Part shown: positions 8,982 to 16,310 of the stretch, piece after piece
Layout of the letters: the number at the start of each line of letters is the position of its first letter
Position numbering within the stretch: the first letter of the stretch is position 1
Source of the DNA: a virus
Taxonomy: Duplodnaviria > Heunggongvirae > Uroviricota > Caudoviricetes
DNA: 20,749 nt
Direction: 5' to 3' (one strand)
IMG/VR virus record: IMGVR_UViG_2671180890_000003
Made by a program: the position numbers and the translations under genes
Notes under the pieces: model-generated
What the model was told of the DNA's origin: nothing
Databases searched by the model: none
The model's input: only the letters and a program-made list of their open reading frames with translations

Positions 8982-9436
8982 TCGCTGAATTCCTTATATT
9001 GTTGCCGAGTTAACTGATAAAGCGTTACGCCGACGGGTTTACCACATCTGATATAAGCATCATCAAGGTGACCAACACGGGTAGCGCCAAGCAAACGGAT
9101 AATTGCCCGTCCGTATTTCGTGGTGTCAGGAACCATAGTGATGCTATTAAGGAATGGTGAGTTTTCGAGAAGCCATTTGCAGAATAATCGATGCCCTTGC
9201 AGTGCATATTCGCCACGGAATCCGGGGTCGTACACCGCATGGCATTCAACAACGCTATGCCAGAAGTTACGCACTTCATGAACGCCAGCCAGCACCAATC
9301 CTTCGTAGATGCCGAGATATACCGCATCAGGCTTGATGTAGTACGTGTGCCCCGGCTCAACAATATTTTCGGTATTGGCAGGCTCGTTAAGAAAGGCCTG
9401 TAATCGCACCGGGTTATCAATAAATTTTAGTTCCAT
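8975..9436 (-). CDS. Hypothetical protein (153 aa), first gene of the ejection-like block (gp13-like position)
   Basis: Track ORF with ATG start; overlaps the downstream gene by 7 nt. No family recognised. Confidence 0.6.
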   Translation of the reverse strand: MELKFIDNPVRLQAFLNEPANTENIVEPGHTYYIKPDAVYLGIYEGLVLAGVHEVRNFWHSVVECHAVYDPGFRGEYALQGHRLFCKWLLENSPFLNSITMVPDTTKYGRAIIRLLGATRVGHLDDAYIRCGKPVGVTLYQLTRQQYKEFSEC

Positions 9437-9452
9437 GCGGTGCCATCCATTT

Positions 9453-9614
9453 TCACATACAGCCTGCCAGCGCCTTATCTATTAACCCTCGTGCAATTTC
9501 ATGCAGAGTTGGCGCTACTCCAATTCCTGATTTTTTACGCTGCTCTTCCTGAATTTTCTTTATCGCTTCCATTTGCTTCTCACTTATCAATACCGGCTTT
9601 ACTGAAATAGCCAT
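9453..9614 (-). CDS. Small putative ribbon-helix-helix regulator (53 aa, MAISVKPVLISEKQMEAIKK...)
   Basis: Below the track length cutoff. ATG 9614 is preceded by AAGGGGG SD; the stop is 16 nt upstream of the 153-aa gene. The strand-helix-helix pattern is my inference. Confidence 0.4.
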   Translation of the reverse strand: MAISVKPVLISEKQMEAIKKIQEEQRKKSGIGVAPTLHEIARGLIDKALAGCM

Positions 9615-9709
9615 AACGCCCCCTTAGAACTGTATAAAACAACAGTTATTATAGTTTCACAAATCGCAATATTCATCATCGTAATTGCAAAATATGAAAC
9701 AAATAGCAC

Positions 9710-9741
9710 AAAAAAATGCCACCGCTCAGTAGCTGGTGGCA
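9710..9741 (-). terminator. Intrinsic terminator for minus-strand transcripts: stem TGCCACC(GCT)/(AGC)GGTGGCA followed by T7 on the minus strand
   Basis: Plus strand shows A7 (9710-9716) then the hairpin 9717-9741. Ends the primase-side transcription unit before the ejection-like block. Confidence 0.6.
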
Positions 9742-9751
9742 TCGTTCTGTG

Positions 9752-9781
9752 TGTCAGGTTTTGACAGGTTTTTTATGGACT
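9752..9781. repeat. Copy A of hairpin + T6 + ATGGACT element (TGTCA-ggttt-TGACA, T-run 9769-9774, ATGGACT 9775-9781)
   Basis: TTTTTTATGGACTCYRAAAACT matches copy B at 20 of 22 positions. Contains a perfect TTGACA hexamer at 9761-9766. Confidence 0.5.
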
Positions 9782-10108
9782 CTAAAAACTATATTTATGG
9801 TATCGCATTACTCTTCACGGCAGGCGCTTTTCAGTTCTGCCCTTGCTTCTGGCTCCATTGGTAATTTGATTCGCGATCAGCTATGCGGATGGTTTGCTGA
9901 ACAGGCATAACAACATCTCAGAGGCTATTTTTTGAACTACGAAAATTTCGTAGGTCTCTCCTTCAAAAACGTCACGCCCTTGTACACTGGATTTTACAAA
10001 AGTCTCGTAAAACTCTTTCCTGTTCTGGGCTATGTGCCAAACCGCAGCGAATACCTCCGTCTGCCAGATGAGCAAAACATACCTTATAAAGAAAATCGCT
10101 GTTTTTGC

Positions 10109-10210
10109 TGTACCACCTGTACCACCATGTCACAAACCCTTGTGTGGCGCGGCCTGTAGGTGGTACAGGTGGGTAAAAATGACCTCTCCCCACCTGTACA
10201 GACCTGTACC
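10109..10210. repeat. Iteron cluster built on CCTGTAC/GTACAGG (TGTACCACC x2 tandem at 10109-10126; GGTGGTACAGGT at 10159-10170; CCTGTACAGACCTGTACC at 10193-10210)
   Basis: Read directly from the sequence; the same 12-mer family occurs in the 11230-11335 cluster. Candidate ori/crr-type binding sites for the adjacent primase. Confidence 0.75.
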
Positions 10211-10216
10211 ATTTAT

Positions 10217-10954
10217 TTAATTTTTACCCATAGCAGCACATAATCCCTTTTTTGAAATATTGAAAAATGCGTTCATTCTTCCCGCTGGCTTAACCTTGTA
10301 GCCGCTTGCCACCATCGCCGCAATAAATGCTCCGTTGGGGATATAGTGCGGGTGATCACTGTGCTGGTGGTTTATCTGGTTATATCGCTCCACTTCATGC
10401 TTCAACGTGTCAGATGTGGGGTTATCCTGCGGGAAGCTCTCAATCTGGGCATTACTCATCCCGTTGTCTCTGATCCATCTCAGGCAGCTTTTCGCCGATA
10501 CGATAAATGACGGGTTATCAAGCGGGTTTTCCCAGTCCGCATTCCGGTTGTGGAGCGCCAGTCCGTCAAGGTTAAATTGTGGGTATTCAGCGGTAATTAC
10601 TGTCACTGCGTGGCGGATTTCAGTCTCGTCACAACATGGCTCATCTCCCACACCAGCAGGGTAATAATCTGAACCACCGGGACTGATACAGCGTTTACCA
10701 CTGAAAGGCCATTGCTTCGCCATTTCGGGTGTTGAGTGATTACCGTCGCTCCGTTCGCGCTGTGCCTCTGTCCACTGGCTGGCATATTCAGTAAATGAAA
10801 CCCTTTGCCCCTGGCGCATCCAGTGCGCAATCATAATTAAAGTGCGTTCCAGACTTTGGATGTCGCCAGCATTCCCGCACTGTGTAGCGAAACTTTTTAA
10901 TTCTTCGCGCTCCGTTCTGGTCATTCCCTGCGGTATGCAATAGTTATTGTTCAT
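10217..10954 (-). CDS. Hypothetical Cys/His-rich protein (245 aa)
   Basis: Track ORF. ATG 10954 forms an ATGA overlap with the upstream gene; GAGAGG SD. No family recognised. Confidence 0.6.
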   Translation of the reverse strand: MNNNYCIPQGMTRTEREELKSFATQCGNAGDIQSLERTLIMIAHWMRQGQRVSFTEYASQWTEAQRERSDGNHSTPEMAKQWPFSGKRCISPGGSDYYPAGVGDEPCCDETEIRHAVTVITAEYPQFNLDGLALHNRNADWENPLDNPSFIVSAKSCLRWIRDNGMSNAQIESFPQDNPTSDTLKHEVERYNQINHQHSDHPHYIPNGAFIAAMVASGYKVKPAGRMNAFFNISKKGLCAAMGKN

Positions 10955-11187
10955 GTTTTACCTCTCTGTTTTACCTCTCTGATTTCTGCTGCCATATCTG
11001 TTGGCTCTATACAGCCGTCCCGACTTGCCACGCAGGGAATAATGATTTCAACGGTATCGCCGTCAATACACATTTCAACATTCGCCCATGCCGCAATGGG
11101 TAGCCAGTCTGAACGCCCCTCAAACCGTAGCTGCCAGCCAGAGGAAGAAGCTAACTGGCGCACTTTGTAAAATGGTGTGCTCATCAT
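10951..11187 (-). CDS. Hypothetical small protein (78 aa)
   Basis: ATG 11187 preceded by GAGAGGGAA SD. The 3' end contains a 13-bp tandem duplication (10955-10980) that also duplicates the SD of the next gene. Confidence 0.5.
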   Translation of the reverse strand: MMSTPFYKVRQLASSSGWQLRFEGRSDWLPIAAWANVEMCIDGDTVEIIIPCVASRDGCIEPTDMAAEIREVKQRGKT

Positions 11188-11229
11188 TGGTTGTTCCCTC
11201 TCAGCCAGCCAGAAGAAATGCGTTTGTTA

Positions 11230-11335
11230 ATGGTATAGGTGGTACAGGTCTGGTATAGGTAAGATATTGACCTGTACCACTATAACGCACTGTTTTTAAT
11301 ACTGAATTAGCAAAATGGTATAGGTGGTACAGGTA
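11230..11335. repeat. Iteron cluster: 19-mer TGGTATAGGTGGTACAGGT x2 (11231-11249, 11316-11334), half-copy TGGTATAGGT (11251-11260) and inverted CCTGTACCAC (11271-11280)
   Basis: Read directly from the sequence; sits in the 177-bp gap immediately downstream of the primase-helicase stop. Candidate replication origin. Confidence 0.8.
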
Positions 11336-11363
11336 AAAACGTTCTTCTTGTAAAAAGACTATA

Positions 11364-13718
11364 TTAAAAAACATCATAACCCCCCATACCGATCAGACGT
11401 GCAAACGCAGCCTGTAGAACTCCGACCTCTGGTAGTTCGTAGAACACGCCATTCCCACGGTCTGGTCTTCCATGCTTCACCAGTCCCATTTGTGCAAGTG
11501 ATTTACCCAGTAGTGATCTGGCTGCTGGTTCTTTAAGCTTTTCCCCACGCTCAAGCGACCACGCTACAAATCGACTAACCATATCCTTTGCAAACAAACG
11601 GACTTCGCCATTAAACGGAGGTTCATTGATTAGCTCGCCATAAAGAAACAATTCAACGCCAGACAGCCCCAGCAAGATTTCTTCACGTAAGGCATCGGTC
11701 TGTGGCGCTCGTTGAGGGTCAAAACCTGAGAGATCCACCCCTTTAAGATGCCAAAGCAACTTTGCGGCACCGCCATCATTAAGCCAACTGTACAGCCGAT
11801 CAAAATACTCCCGGCTCTGTGCTTTTTCAGGAGATGGCTCAAGCACGAGATAGCGGCGCTCTCTTATCCCTGCCTGTAATACCTGTGTGCTGTTACTGGC
11901 AAATATCAACCGGGCAAAATTCGGCATTGGTTCAGCATCAATTCCCTTGCGCTCAAGGTTAAACGTCGGTTCGCTAATAATCGCTTTAAGTCTGTCAGCT
12001 TCAGACGGCTTGTGGATCGTCACTTCGTCAGCAAATACCAGTAGCTTGTTAGCAAGTATTGAATTGAAGCGCCCTGAAATATGTCCCGCCCCGTTAATGT
12101 GGGCGGCGTACTGCCCCAGTATTTGCAGCAGCGGTTTAACCGTTGTGCCTTTCCCTGTGCCCGGGACAGATTTCATCACGATTGCCACGGACGGTTTTTC
12201 ATCAGGCTTTTGGATAATGTGCGCCATCCACTGGATAAGATATTGGTATGCCTCTTCATTACCGGCACAGACAACCTGCAACAGGTGATTAAGGTATACC
12301 GTGCAATCTCCTTCAATTGGTTCCAGTGCCAGCCCCTCATACAGATTAAAAACATCGTCAGGGCATTTGTCTGGTACTGGATAAAATCCTACGCCTCCTG
12401 GCTTGTAGTTCTTCCCACTCCATGACAGCCACGCCGATCCCGCCAGCTTTCTGGCGACTCTCGGTTTATGATGAAAATAATGCTGAAATTGTGATAAATC
12501 CTCGAAAACGTGCGATACACCGCCGGTTTGAGAAGGCTTTAGCGACACCACCTTGTGTTTCCCGCCGATGGTGACATGCGTAAACGTCCGGTTGATTTCT
12601 TTGAGGACAGCAATTTCATCATCGCTTAACACCTCGCCAGAACTGATCTCATTCAGCGCCCCGACTGACTGTTTGTGATTTTTCACCTGCGCCCCTTTCC
12701 CCCGTGGCTGGTACATCGAATCTTTAAATGCTGCTGTGGCTGCCGCCAGCCCGTGTTGTTGGTGATAGTCGTTCCAGTCGGCTTTATAGTCAGTCGGTGG
12801 CAGAGACACCCAGCCAGCTACGGAAATAGCGGCCCTCTCTGCGGCATCTTTCCCCGTGTTGATCCCTCCACTTTCGGAGTTTCCTTGCTGGTGATCGTTA
12901 TCTGCGGCAATGATGATTTGTGCCTGTGGATATGTTCTGCGCATGACTTCCGCTACTGGCAACAGGTTGCCAGCGTCGATTGCTGCCACTGTCATTGCGT
13001 CAGGGCGAATTAAATGGCACGACAGGGCGGTAGCCACCCCCTCAGCAATTATGATGCTGTGAGGTCGTTTCTGTGCGTTTATGGCGTGATATGCCCCCCG
13101 CTTTGCTGAACCTGTCAGGAGTCTTTTTTCACCATGTGAGGTAATTGTCTGTGCTGCTGTGACTGCGCCGGATTTATCCACCAGCGCCAGCAACAGAGAT
13201 CCATCGGGCAACACGGGGAATGTAAAATCACCTACCCCTTTCGCAACCAGATAATCAGATTTGCCGTTTACAGCCTTTCTGCGCATGTCATCAAACTGAC
13301 GGGAAAACGTATCCCGTCTTTGTTGTTCGTCCTTCTCTGCCCTTTTCAGGCGCTCCTGTTCGCGTCGCTGGCGCTCGGTTTCCAGTTGTTCCCGTTTCTG
13401 GCTGGTGGCTTCTGGTGTTTCCGTTGTCCGGTAATCAATACCCAGAACATCAGCGGCAAGCAGCGCCGCCTCTGTTGTGTCGCAGTTATTTACGCGTTTA
13501 ATTAAATCCAGCCCATCACCAGCGCCGCACTGATTACAGATGAAGCTACCGCGCCCGTTGTCATCGAACCGGAATCGATCTTTGCCCCCACATGCAGGGC
13601 AGGGAGCATGACGGCGCGGAGAGTCAGGGACATTTATGTTCAGGCAGCCCAGCACATGAGGCCAGTTGTTTTCAGACGCACTGATAACCTGACGGATAAG
13701 ATCAATGTTTCGCATCAC
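11364..13718 (-). CDS. P4 alpha-type primase-helicase (784 aa): Zn-ribbon, TOPRIM primase, SF3-like helicase
   Basis: CPACGG...CNQCG zinc ribbon; TOPRIM-like IIIAEGVATA and IIIAADNDHQQ; Walker A VPGTGKGTT and Walker B LLVFADEV. Confidence 0.85.
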   Translation of the reverse strand: MMRNIDLIRQVISASENNWPHVLGCLNINVPDSPRRHAPCPACGGKDRFRFDDNGRGSFICNQCGAGDGLDLIKRVNNCDTTEAALLAADVLGIDYRTTETPEATSQKREQLETERQRREQERLKRAEKDEQQRRDTFSRQFDDMRRKAVNGKSDYLVAKGVGDFTFPVLPDGSLLLALVDKSGAVTAAQTITSHGEKRLLTGSAKRGAYHAINAQKRPHSIIIAEGVATALSCHLIRPDAMTVAAIDAGNLLPVAEVMRRTYPQAQIIIAADNDHQQGNSESGGINTGKDAAERAAISVAGWVSLPPTDYKADWNDYHQQHGLAAATAAFKDSMYQPRGKGAQVKNHKQSVGALNEISSGEVLSDDEIAVLKEINRTFTHVTIGGKHKVVSLKPSQTGGVSHVFEDLSQFQHYFHHKPRVARKLAGSAWLSWSGKNYKPGGVGFYPVPDKCPDDVFNLYEGLALEPIEGDCTVYLNHLLQVVCAGNEEAYQYLIQWMAHIIQKPDEKPSVAIVMKSVPGTGKGTTVKPLLQILGQYAAHINGAGHISGRFNSILANKLLVFADEVTIHKPSEADRLKAIISEPTFNLERKGIDAEPMPNFARLIFASNSTQVLQAGIRERRYLVLEPSPEKAQSREYFDRLYSWLNDGGAAKLLWHLKGVDLSGFDPQRAPQTDALREEILLGLSGVELFLYGELINEPPFNGEVRLFAKDMVSRFVAWSLERGEKLKEPAARSLLGKSLAQMGLVKHGRPDRGNGVFYELPEVGVLQAAFARLIGMGGYDVF

Positions 13719-14073
13719 CGTACCCCACGTGGTCTATAGCGTTTGCGATATGGCTAACCAGCATCTGCCACTTGGTTATTCCGTAATCAGTCAGCATGCC
13801 ATCATTGTTTAGCCACATATCAAATTCAGCGGTTGTCGCAAGTTTCCACTTATCGCCGTGGACAGTCCTCATTGCTGGGTACATGAATGCGCAAATCAGA
13901 TCACAAACATCTGACGGCTTCAGAGATGTAGTAATGGTGCGTCCCTCTGGCGTCTGAATTGCCATTTTCTCTTCACCAGTAGAATGAAGGTTATGAATCC
14001 ACACAGCACCAGCAATCTTTGCCACCTGCTCTCCGATTGCGGAGCTAAGCGCCATTTCTGCATTTTCACGCAT
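13702..14073 (-). CDS. Hypothetical protein (123 aa)
   Basis: Track ORF; overlaps the primase start by 17 nt and the upstream gene by 8 nt. Confidence 0.5.
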   Translation of the reverse strand: MRENAEMALSSAIGEQVAKIAGAVWIHNLHSTGEEKMAIQTPEGRTITTSLKPSDVCDLICAFMYPAMRTVHGDKWKLATTAEFDMWLNNDGMLTDYGITKWQMLVSHIANAIDHVGYGDAKH

Positions 14074-14407
14074 GAGAACCTCCCGCTACAGTTGCGCCCA
14101 TGTCATTAACCATGCTTTGCCATATCTCACGACCGACGTCAGTCAATCCGTCCTTAGTGACGCAACGCTCAAGAAGCTCGATCCCCACGGTTTCCCACTG
14201 CGGGTAGAACACTTTCATGGCTGCCAGTGTGTAGCTATCGATCAGGCTGCGAACGCCTTTTACTCCATTGACGATTTCCACACGTACGGCCTCGCCGTCC
14301 GCATCAACCATGAAATAGTCCCCGCCGCTGGTGGAGGTAATGTGGTTATACAGTGCCGACGCATACTTATTTGCCAGCGCATTCAGTCGGAAATTTTTAG
14401 TAATCAT
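14066..14407 (-). CDS. Hypothetical protein (113 aa)
   Basis: Track ORF; ATG 14407 with GAGGATGGAG upstream. Confidence 0.5.
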   Translation of the reverse strand: MITKNFRLNALANKYASALYNHITSTSGGDYFMVDADGEAVRVEIVNGVKGVRSLIDSYTLAAMKVFYPQWETVGIELLERCVTKDGLTDVGREIWQSMVNDMGATVAGGSHA

Positions 14408-14417
14408 GGCTCCATCC

Positions 14418-15020
14418 TCAGTGCGTCACTGGTTCCGCTGGCATGCCGTTTTCATTCAGTTCAGCTATAAAGCTGTTGTGAAGTTCAGCAAGCGTTTCAC
14501 GACCAAATGGAGTCAGTGCTCCTTGTTCCACATCCATCATGGCTCTGTAGAAAATGATGGCGCGTTCTGTGCCAGACTCGATGCCAAAACGTTCTATCAT
14601 CGCTCCCTCAATGTTGTTTGCCATAGCGAGGCGCTCTGCTACTGGATACAGCGGCATGGCGACGATGCCGTTGGAATAAACAGCCACTTCGGAAGGATTG
14701 CCAGTATCATCAATGATGCTGACAGTGCCGTTTTCCTCTCTCATTTCCAGCATGAATACTGTTGCGATCAGCCATCTCCACATAATGACGTTATGCTGTG
14801 ATGTGTAATCGAAATATCCCTGGTTGCCGCCATCGGCAATAGCGAGATGTATAAACATGCCTTCATCTGGTTTATCGTCATAATCCCCGGCATCCAGACG
14901 ATTTACGGCATCAATATATGAGACGGTCTCAACGTGTTCTGTCATGCCATCGTTGCTGCGGTGCATGATGTTTACGCCGTCAGGCGTTGCTTCTGCATGG
15001 AAGGTTAAGAAATTATTCAT
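14418..15020 (-). CDS. Hypothetical acidic protein (200 aa from internal ATG 15020)
   Basis: Track ORF extends to 15125, but ATG 15020 gives the typical 8-nt overlap with the upstream gene stop and has a GAGG SD. Confidence 0.5.
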   Translation of the reverse strand: MNNFLTFHAEATPDGVNIMHRSNDGMTEHVETVSYIDAVNRLDAGDYDDKPDEGMFIHLAIADGGNQGYFDYTSQHNVIMWRWLIATVFMLEMREENGTVSIIDDTGNPSEVAVYSNGIVAMPLYPVAERLAMANNIEGAMIERFGIESGTERAIIFYRAMMDVEQGALTPFGRETLAELHNSFIAELNENGMPAEPVTH

Positions 15021-15234
15021 GTTTCGCCTCGCCTGAATGATTCTGTAACTCATATTTGCCCAACAATTCGTCTGCTTCCTGAATAGCTTCTGGTACGCCA
15101 TTGAGCAGTGACATAACCGCGCCAATCATTAACTTGTCTCTGTTGCTGGGGCTGGCCCCTTCAAGCCAGAACCCTAAAACAGTCTGAACCTGTTCGATGC
15201 GACATTGCGCTTCAATGAGCTGGATGTTGGTCAT
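15013..15234 (-). CDS. Hypothetical small protein (73 aa)
   Basis: Track ORF; ATGA overlap with the upstream gene. Confidence 0.45.
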   Translation of the reverse strand: MTNIQLIEAQCRIEQVQTVLGFWLEGASPSNRDKLMIGAVMSLLNGVPEAIQEADELLGKYELQNHSGEAKHE

Positions 15235-15494
15235 TTCGCACTCTCCACATCGATTAAACTGATATCTATCAGGGAGGTAACTTTTTGTAGCCAGCTATTG
15301 ATTACTGTCGCCTGTTCCCCTCCCACCGAGGGAATAATCTCATTCATCACATGAACCAGACCTGTGCGCGCTCTGGTAAGCCGTTCAGTCGCGCAATCTG
15401 CGGGAGTGAATGTGTCTGGATATGGCTCTTCGCGCCCCAGCAATGATTCAATTTCCAGCTCACACGGATGACGATAAATTAAGTTGATATTCAT
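15231..15494 (-). CDS. Hypothetical small protein (87 aa)
   Basis: Track ORF; GGGGGTG SD and ATGA overlap. Confidence 0.45.
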   Translation of the reverse strand: MNINLIYRHPCELEIESLLGREEPYPDTFTPADCATERLTRARTGLVHVMNEIIPSVGGEQATVINSWLQKVTSLIDISLIDVESAK

Positions 15495-15685
15495 TTTTCA
15501 CCCCCAAGAATTACCAGCTCGGCACGGGCATCGTTAACCAAAGATGAGCACGCTTTAATCGCATCCACGACATCAGCAGCGTCCATTTCTTCAGCCGAAA
15601 GACTGACAGCAACCAGGACAGCCGCTGCTTGCTCGATTAATTGAAGTGCGGACGTAAGGCGAGGGGTATTAATTGAGTTATTCAT
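15491..15685 (-). CDS. Hypothetical small protein (64 aa from ATG 15685)
   Basis: Internal ATG with GGGGG SD and 8-nt overlap with the upstream stop; the track ORF extends to 15742. Confidence 0.4.
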   Translation of the reverse strand: MNNSINTPRLTSALQLIEQAAAVLVAVSLSAEEMDAADVVDAIKACSSLVNDARAELVILGGEK

Positions 15686-15896
15686 TGGTTGCCCCCGTTT
15701 TGCATGGCATTTCGCCACCTTCCAGCAGGAAATGAACGTCACGAACGGCGAGATCCAATATCGCGAGTAACGCCTTCAGTCTTTCGTCTCGTGAGGGAGA
15801 GTTGCTCACCAGAATGTCGTTAATCACTTCTGTCAGTGTGATGATCTGGCTTGTGCGTTCGAGGGGGTCCATATGCACATCGTAGGTTTTAATCAT
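15678..15896 (-). CDS. Hypothetical small protein (72 aa, MIKTYDVHMDPLERT...)
   Basis: ATG 15896 preceded by GGAGGTGG SD. It is the C-terminal part of the 355-aa track ORF, which I interpret as a run-on frame. Confidence 0.5.
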   Translation of the reverse strand: MIKTYDVHMDPLERTSQIITLTEVINDILVSNSPSRDERLKALLAILDLAVRDVHFLLEGGEMPCKTGATNE

Positions 15897-16083
15897 GTGC
15901 CACCTCCATGCGGATACGACCAGCAAAAAAGCAGACGTGATCGCGCACCAGAGAACGGCGAGCATCGCGTTCAGACTCGGCAGCAATATGATGAATTTTG
16001 GCGGTAATTGTCGGGCAATCGCGGCGAACTGCGGCGATAATCCAGATAAATTGCGGTTTTTGGGTAGGGGTAGTAGCCAGCAT
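15889..16083 (-). CDS. Hypothetical small protein (64 aa), first gene after the candidate promoter
   Basis: ATG 16083 preceded by AAGGAGG SD. The region is GC-rich with open frames on several strands, so coding status is uncertain. Confidence 0.35.
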   Translation of the reverse strand: MLATTPTQKPQFIWIIAAVRRDCPTITAKIHHIAAESERDARRSLVRDHVCFFAGRIRMEVAHD

Positions 16084-16231
16084 GTGGCAGCCTCCTTGTA
16101 CTGGGAATTCTTCCCACCACCGGAGCTGCGAAACTCGCTGGTGGTGGACTGAACAGAGTTCGCAGTACCGGCGTACAAGGAAACCGGCCAGCCTTTCGGC
16201 TGCCCTGTCCAGCCCACCATAATTTTGCAAG

Positions 16232-16270
16232 CGACGCGGATTATAACCACATCACTGAAAAAAGTGTGAG
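16232..16270 (-). promoter_or_regulatory. Candidate sigma70-type promoter for the small-gene/primase operon (perfect TATAAT -10, weak -35, T-rich upstream)
   Basis: Minus strand reads CTCACACTTTTTTCAGTGATGTGGTTATAAT immediately downstream of the 16286-16307 terminator. No strong -35. Confidence 0.25.
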
Positions 16271-16285
16271 TCTGGCTAACGGCAC

Positions 16286-16307
16286 AAAAAAAGACGCTCG
16301 GCGCGTC
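16286..16307 (-). terminator. Intrinsic terminator for minus-strand transcripts: GACGC-tcggc-GCGTC hairpin followed by T7
   Basis: Plus strand A7 at 16286-16292 then hairpin 16293-16307; the stem is only 5 bp. Separates the regulatory operon from the primase operon. Confidence 0.5.
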
Positions 16308-16310
16308 ATG

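Noticed and set aside
9761-9796. Plus-strand promoter from the perfect TTGACA at 9761-9766
   Set aside because: No acceptable -10 hexamer at 16-19 bp spacing (the nearest TATATT is 23 bp away), and no plus-strand gene follows.
9881-10193. Track ORFs 9881..10075 (-), 9972..10193 (-) and 9932..10159 (+)
   Set aside because: They start at TTG or GTG without an SD and overlap the iteron cluster and each other; the region is more likely a non-coding origin or regulatory region.
11630-13505. ORFs nested within the primase-helicase gene (for example 11887..12288 +, 12081..12425 +, 12675..13013 +)
   Set aside because: Shadow ORFs; the primase frame carries coherent TOPRIM and Walker motifs across the region.
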